Part shown: piece by piece, positions 60,591 to 64,000 of the stretch
How positions within the stretch are numbered: position 1 is the stretch's first letter
How the letters are laid out: the number at the start of each line of letters is the position of its first letter
DNA from: Spirochaetia bacterium
GTDB taxonomy: Bacteria; Spirochaetota; Spirochaetia; UBA9216
Length of the DNA stretch: 64,000 bases
NCBI GenBank assembly: GCA_965140585.1
Contig: OZ223269.1
Location: 960,001-1,024,000, forward strand
Direction: 5' to 3'
Translations under genes and position numbers: made by a program
The notes under the pieces: generated by a model
Told to the model about the DNA's origin: nothing
Database searches by the model: none
Seen by the model: the letters and a program-made list of their open reading frames with translations, nothing else

Positions 60591-61932
60591 GCATCTGCTG
60601 AAGTTTTTCTTTACCTACCAGGTTTACCGGTCTTGTTTCAGAAAACTCACGTGCCTTCTTTGAAAACTCAGAACTTGTAACAATCATAGCACGTCCGACA
60701 TTATTCTTTTTCATGGATTCATGAATGGCTCTTGCAGTACTTTCAGAAACCATCTCAGGAACTCGCAGAAACCATATCAGCAGTGGAATCTTCTTGGCTC
60801 CGCGCCATTTCGATTCAGATTCTACTGCAATAATCTGGCATCCGTTCTGAATATCTCCGATATCCCGGACACTGAGCCCCATAGCAGCCGTAGCACCCTT
60901 GCAAATAGAGAAGAATTCATCCCGGCTTGCTGTAAGATAGTCTTTCATTCTGTCGTCAGTTCTAAGATCCTGGTACTGACTCAGTTTTTCACCGACATCC
61001 TTGAAAGTTGGTTTCTTTGAATAAATTTCTTCCCACTGCTTTATAGCATTATCAATATCCCGTTTCTGTTCATGACAGTAGGCAAGAAAATATCTTGCAA
61101 AGAGTATTTCCTGACCGCCTTCAGAAATATTGCTGTTGGAAATAGCTCTTTCCAGTTCTGATATTGCCCTGTCGAAATTCTTCATGCTGATAAAGCAGAT
61201 ACCGCGTTCAAGCAGTGATTTAACCTTCAGTTCAATATCACGCTGTGATTTTTCAAAATATGACAGAGCACCTGCAAAATCTTTCTTTTCCTTAAGTATC
61301 TTCCCTATAAAAAAATTAGCTTTATGATTTTCCGGGTTGTACTTTAGTGCAAGGTCAAGCTCAGTTTTGGCTTCCTGAGCACGCTTATTTCGATAATAAA
61401 TGTTTCCAAGTCTGAAATGTGCATCAGTGTGCCTTGGATCAAGATCTATTGTTTTCTTATAATTTTTAACGGCACTGTCGGTCTTTCCGCGCTGTTCGAA
61501 TAATGTTCCGGACATAAAATACCATTCGGGCTCTTCCGGCTGCATCCGGATAAGCAGAACAAATTCTTTGAGTGCCTCTTCCGGCTGTCCGAAATCATTG
61601 TAAAGCTTGGCAATTGTCCTGCGAAACTCAACTTCTTTCACGATACCTGAAAACTCGCCGAACTCATTAACTTTCTTAAGTTCCATAAGTGCAAGTTCGT
61701 TTTTCCCGTCTCCAAGATACGCCAGACCGAGCAGGTAGTGCATTTCATGATTTCTAGCGTCATTGGCAAGGTTCTGCTTTGTCTGCTTGATAACTGCAGA
61801 ATATTTGCCCTGCTTGTAGAGATCATAAATACCTGCTACCTTTCTAGGTGCTAGAGCAGATTTTACAATTATAACTATAGTAACAACGCCTATGAGGCCG
61901 ACGATTAAAAGTAATAGAACTACTGGTGCCAT
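60574..61932 (-). CDS. Membrane-anchored TPR protein with C-terminal Mrr-like (restriction-endonuclease fold) domain
   Basis: N-terminal TM, many TPRs, C-terminal AMIVTSSEFSKKAREFS..VNLVGKEKL. Confidence 0.8.
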   Translation of the reverse strand: MAPVVLLLLIVGLIGVVTIVIIVKSALAPRKVAGIYDLYKQGKYSAVIKQTKQNLANDARNHEMHYLLGLAYLGDGKNELALMELKKVNEFGEFSGIVKEVEFRRTIAKLYNDFGQPEEALKEFVLLIRMQPEEPEWYFMSGTLFEQRGKTDSAVKNYKKTIDLDPRHTDAHFRLGNIYYRNKRAQEAKTELDLALKYNPENHKANFFIGKILKEKKDFAGALSYFEKSQRDIELKVKSLLERGICFISMKNFDRAISELERAISNSNISEGGQEILFARYFLAYCHEQKRDIDNAIKQWEEIYSKKPTFKDVGEKLSQYQDLRTDDRMKDYLTASRDEFFSICKGATAAMGLSVRDIGDIQNGCQIIAVESESKWRGAKKIPLLIWFLRVPEMVSESTARAIHESMKKNNVGRAMIVTSSEFSKKAREFSETRPVNLVGKEKLQQMLKKIP

Positions 61933-62004
61933 AGATACTCCATGATAAGATTAATCGGTTATTTAAAGAGTGTCAAATATAAAGCTGGCAAAAAAGAGGT
62001 TTAA

Positions 62005-62706
62005 ATGAAAAAATTAAAGCCTGAAATTATACTTATTCCTTTATGTGTTATAGTTTTGTCTTCGGCATCCATGTTTGAAGAAGGTGAAAAGCTTCTTTTA
62101 AACAATCAGCTCTCAGAAGCGATAGTAATGTTTGAAGGTGCGCTTGAGCAGGATCCAATGAATACCAGGACTTACTTTTATCTTGGCAATATATATGAAA
62201 TAAGAAAAGAATACTCATCTGCAGTAAATATCCTTACCAAGGGGCTGAACACCACGGGAAAAGAAACCGGCAGGTTTTATTTCGAAATAGGGAATAATTA
62301 CTTTAAGGATGGAGATTACTTATCTGCAGCTGATATGTATTCAAGATCAATTCAGAATTCTTCAGGATTTGCCGATCCTTATCTGAACAGGGCTAATTCA
62401 AGAGTAAAATCAGGTGATTATACTCTTGCAGCAAGGGATTACAGACTTTATCTGAATATGGTTCCGGCTGCCTCACAGAAAACAGAAATTGAAAAGATGA
62501 TTTCCATGCTGGAACTGACGGTAGCAGAAGAAGAAAGACTTCGCGCTGAAGATGAGGCAAGACGACTGGCTGAGGAAGCCAGACAGAAGGCCCTGCTTGA
62601 CAGTGTACTGCAGTCATTAAGTAATGCAGGAGAAGATACAACCAACATATCGGCAGAATCCGAAGATATCGAAGATATTGAAGTGGAACTGGATATAGAA
62701 GACTAG
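62005..62706 (+). CDS. Exported TPR protein
   Basis: Signal peptide, TPRs (YFYLGNIY, YFEIGNNY, YLNRAN), acidic tail. Confidence 0.85.
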   Translation: MKKLKPEIILIPLCVIVLSSASMFEEGEKLLLNNQLSEAIVMFEGALEQDPMNTRTYFYLGNIYEIRKEYSSAVNILTKGLNTTGKETGRFYFEIGNNYFKDGDYLSAADMYSRSIQNSSGFADPYLNRANSRVKSGDYTLAARDYRLYLNMVPAASQKTEIEKMISMLELTVAEEERLRAEDEARRLAEEARQKALLDSVLQSLSNAGEDTTNISAESEDIEDIEVELDIED

Positions 62707-62725
62707 GCGGGATATAGGTATAGAT

Positions 62726-64000
62726 ATGGATAAAAGAATAATAATTGTAGCAGCAGCGGTACTGGTACTTATTGCAGGAGTCGTTCTTTTTTTAACTCTT
62801 GGAAACAATGATTCCGGAACTGCAGTAGTGGATGAAACACAGAAAGTAAAAGAAAATACCATGATACTTGCTCGCGATTACCTTGAAAAGGGCGATTACC
62901 AGCGGGCTCTTGATCTTCTTGACGGGCTTCTTATAAAAGATGCATCCGATGAAGAAGTCAGAAAACTCAGAGATGAAGTATTCGCCGCCCGCAAACTTTC
63001 TGAACAGGAAGAAAAACAAGCGTCAGACCAGAAACAGAATGACCTTGTTGAAACCCTTGAAGACCTTGGAGAAAGTATCAGTAAAAATACCTCTGTAAAT
63101 AATAATACGACTGTAACTCCTCAGAAGTCGGCTGAACAGGCGGCTGCTGAAGCTGCAGCAGAGCAGAAAAGACTTGAAGAACAGATGAAAGCTCTAGAAG
63201 AGCAGAAACGGCTTGCAGAAGAGCGTAGAAAGGAGGAGGAAGCCCGTCTGGCGGCCCTCTCCGAGGCTGAGAAAAAGAAAGCTGAACAGGTTCGAAAGCT
63301 TATCGACGAGGGTGTCGAAAAAATGCAGTCTTCAAACTTCAGAGGAGCCCGTGATAATTTCACCGAAGCAATATCACTGGATCCTCGGGCAGCAGAAGCC
63401 TATGCACAAATGGGAGAAGCCTATTTTCAGGAGGATGACAGCAATCAGATAAATATAAGAGAAGCTGTTGAATATGCGAACAAAGCCGTAAATTACGATG
63501 ATTCGCTGTGGATACCTCATAATACTCTAGGTAAAATATATGTTCAGACAAGAAACTGGAATGAAGCCATCAAAGAATTCAAGGAAGCCTCAAGGCTAAA
63601 TCCAGAGGATGCAAATATCCTTTATGAACTTGGTAAGGTTCAGTACAGAGCCGGTCAGTTCAATGATGCTAAAATTTCATTTGAAGGTGTAACACATCTT
63701 GATCCCGGCTTTTCAAAGGCATATTACAATCTTGGAGTTGTTTACAATAAACTGGGAAATGCCAGATCTGCACTTGATGCTTATAAAAAAGCAATCAACA
63801 CCGATCCATCCTATGATTCAGCCTACTATGCTGCAGGAAGCATTTTGAAAAGTTCAGGCGATTTTAATGCTGCAGAAACTTACCTGAAGAAGGCAGCAGC
63901 CCTTAAACCTGACAATCCCCGTTATCTTGATTTACTAGGGGTCGTTCTCTACAAGAATGGGAAATATACAGAAGCTGAGAATAATTTCAGCAGATCACTT
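62726..64000 (+). CDS. Large TPR protein, N-terminal part (runs off window)
   Basis: ATG at 62726 (MDKRIIIVAAAVLV..), TM, Glu/Lys coiled coil, then TPRs (AYAQMG, PHNTLG, LYELG, AYYNLG). I saw no stop before 64000, which would explain its absence from the ORF track. Confidence 0.85.
   Translation, partial: MDKRIIIVAAAVLVLIAGVVLFLTLGNNDSGTAVVDETQKVKENTMILARDYLEKGDYQRALDLLDGLLIKDASDEEVRKLRDEVFAARKLSEQEEKQASDQKQNDLVETLEDLGESISKNTSVNNNTTVTPQKSAEQAAAEAAAEQKRLEEQMKALEEQKRLAEERRKEEEARLAALSEAEKKKAEQVRKLIDEGVEKMQSSNFRGARDNFTEAISLDPRAAEAYAQMGEAYFQEDDSNQINIREAVEYANKAVNYDDSLWIPHNTLGKIYVQTRNWNEAIKEFKEASRLNPEDANILYELGKVQYRAGQFNDAKISFEGVTHLDPGFSKAYYNLGVVYNKLGNARSALDAYKKAINTDPSYDSAYYAAGSILKSSGDFNAAETYLKKAAALKPDNPRYLDLLGVVLYKNGKYTEAENNFSRSL

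Noticed and set aside
62617-63551. Short minus-strand and alternate-frame ORFs
   Set aside because: Shadows of the long plus-strand TPR gene starting at 62726; their low complexity mirrors its coiled coil.
1-64000. tRNA, rRNA, known riboswitches, prophage genes
   Set aside because: None recognised by eye; a covariance-model search would be needed to exclude small RNAs.

Overview
Bacterial chromosomal segment, AT-rich, probably from a free-living spirochaete (inferred from the TPR/lipoprotein gene set at 58.7-64 kb and the style of the attC repeats). 1-6.4 kb is the distal end of an integron gene-cassette array: three ~138-bp branched attC sites plus a truncated fourth separate very AT-rich cassettes (voltage-gated K+ channel; membrane protein plus ABC ATPase; vapBC with a dead toxin). 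A stack of IS3, IS21 and IS481 elements interrupts the array. No integrase lies in the window. 6.5-11.6 kb and 18.4-21.8 kb are rich in pseudogenes. The middle holds accessory genes: a divergent ADP-ribosylglycohydrolase, HD-GYP, an ABC-F ATPase with a structured leader carrying an M-R-L uORF, GNATs, Ada, a LacI-controlled aldolase/kinase/polyol-phosphate dehydrogenase operon, an RND efflux locus with a two-component system, a membrane-anchored GH29 fucosidase, an orphan DNA methyltransferase and phnDCE. The window ends in core-like TPR genes. No rRNA, tRNA or CRISPR array was seen. All calls come from reading motifs by eye; no searches were run.
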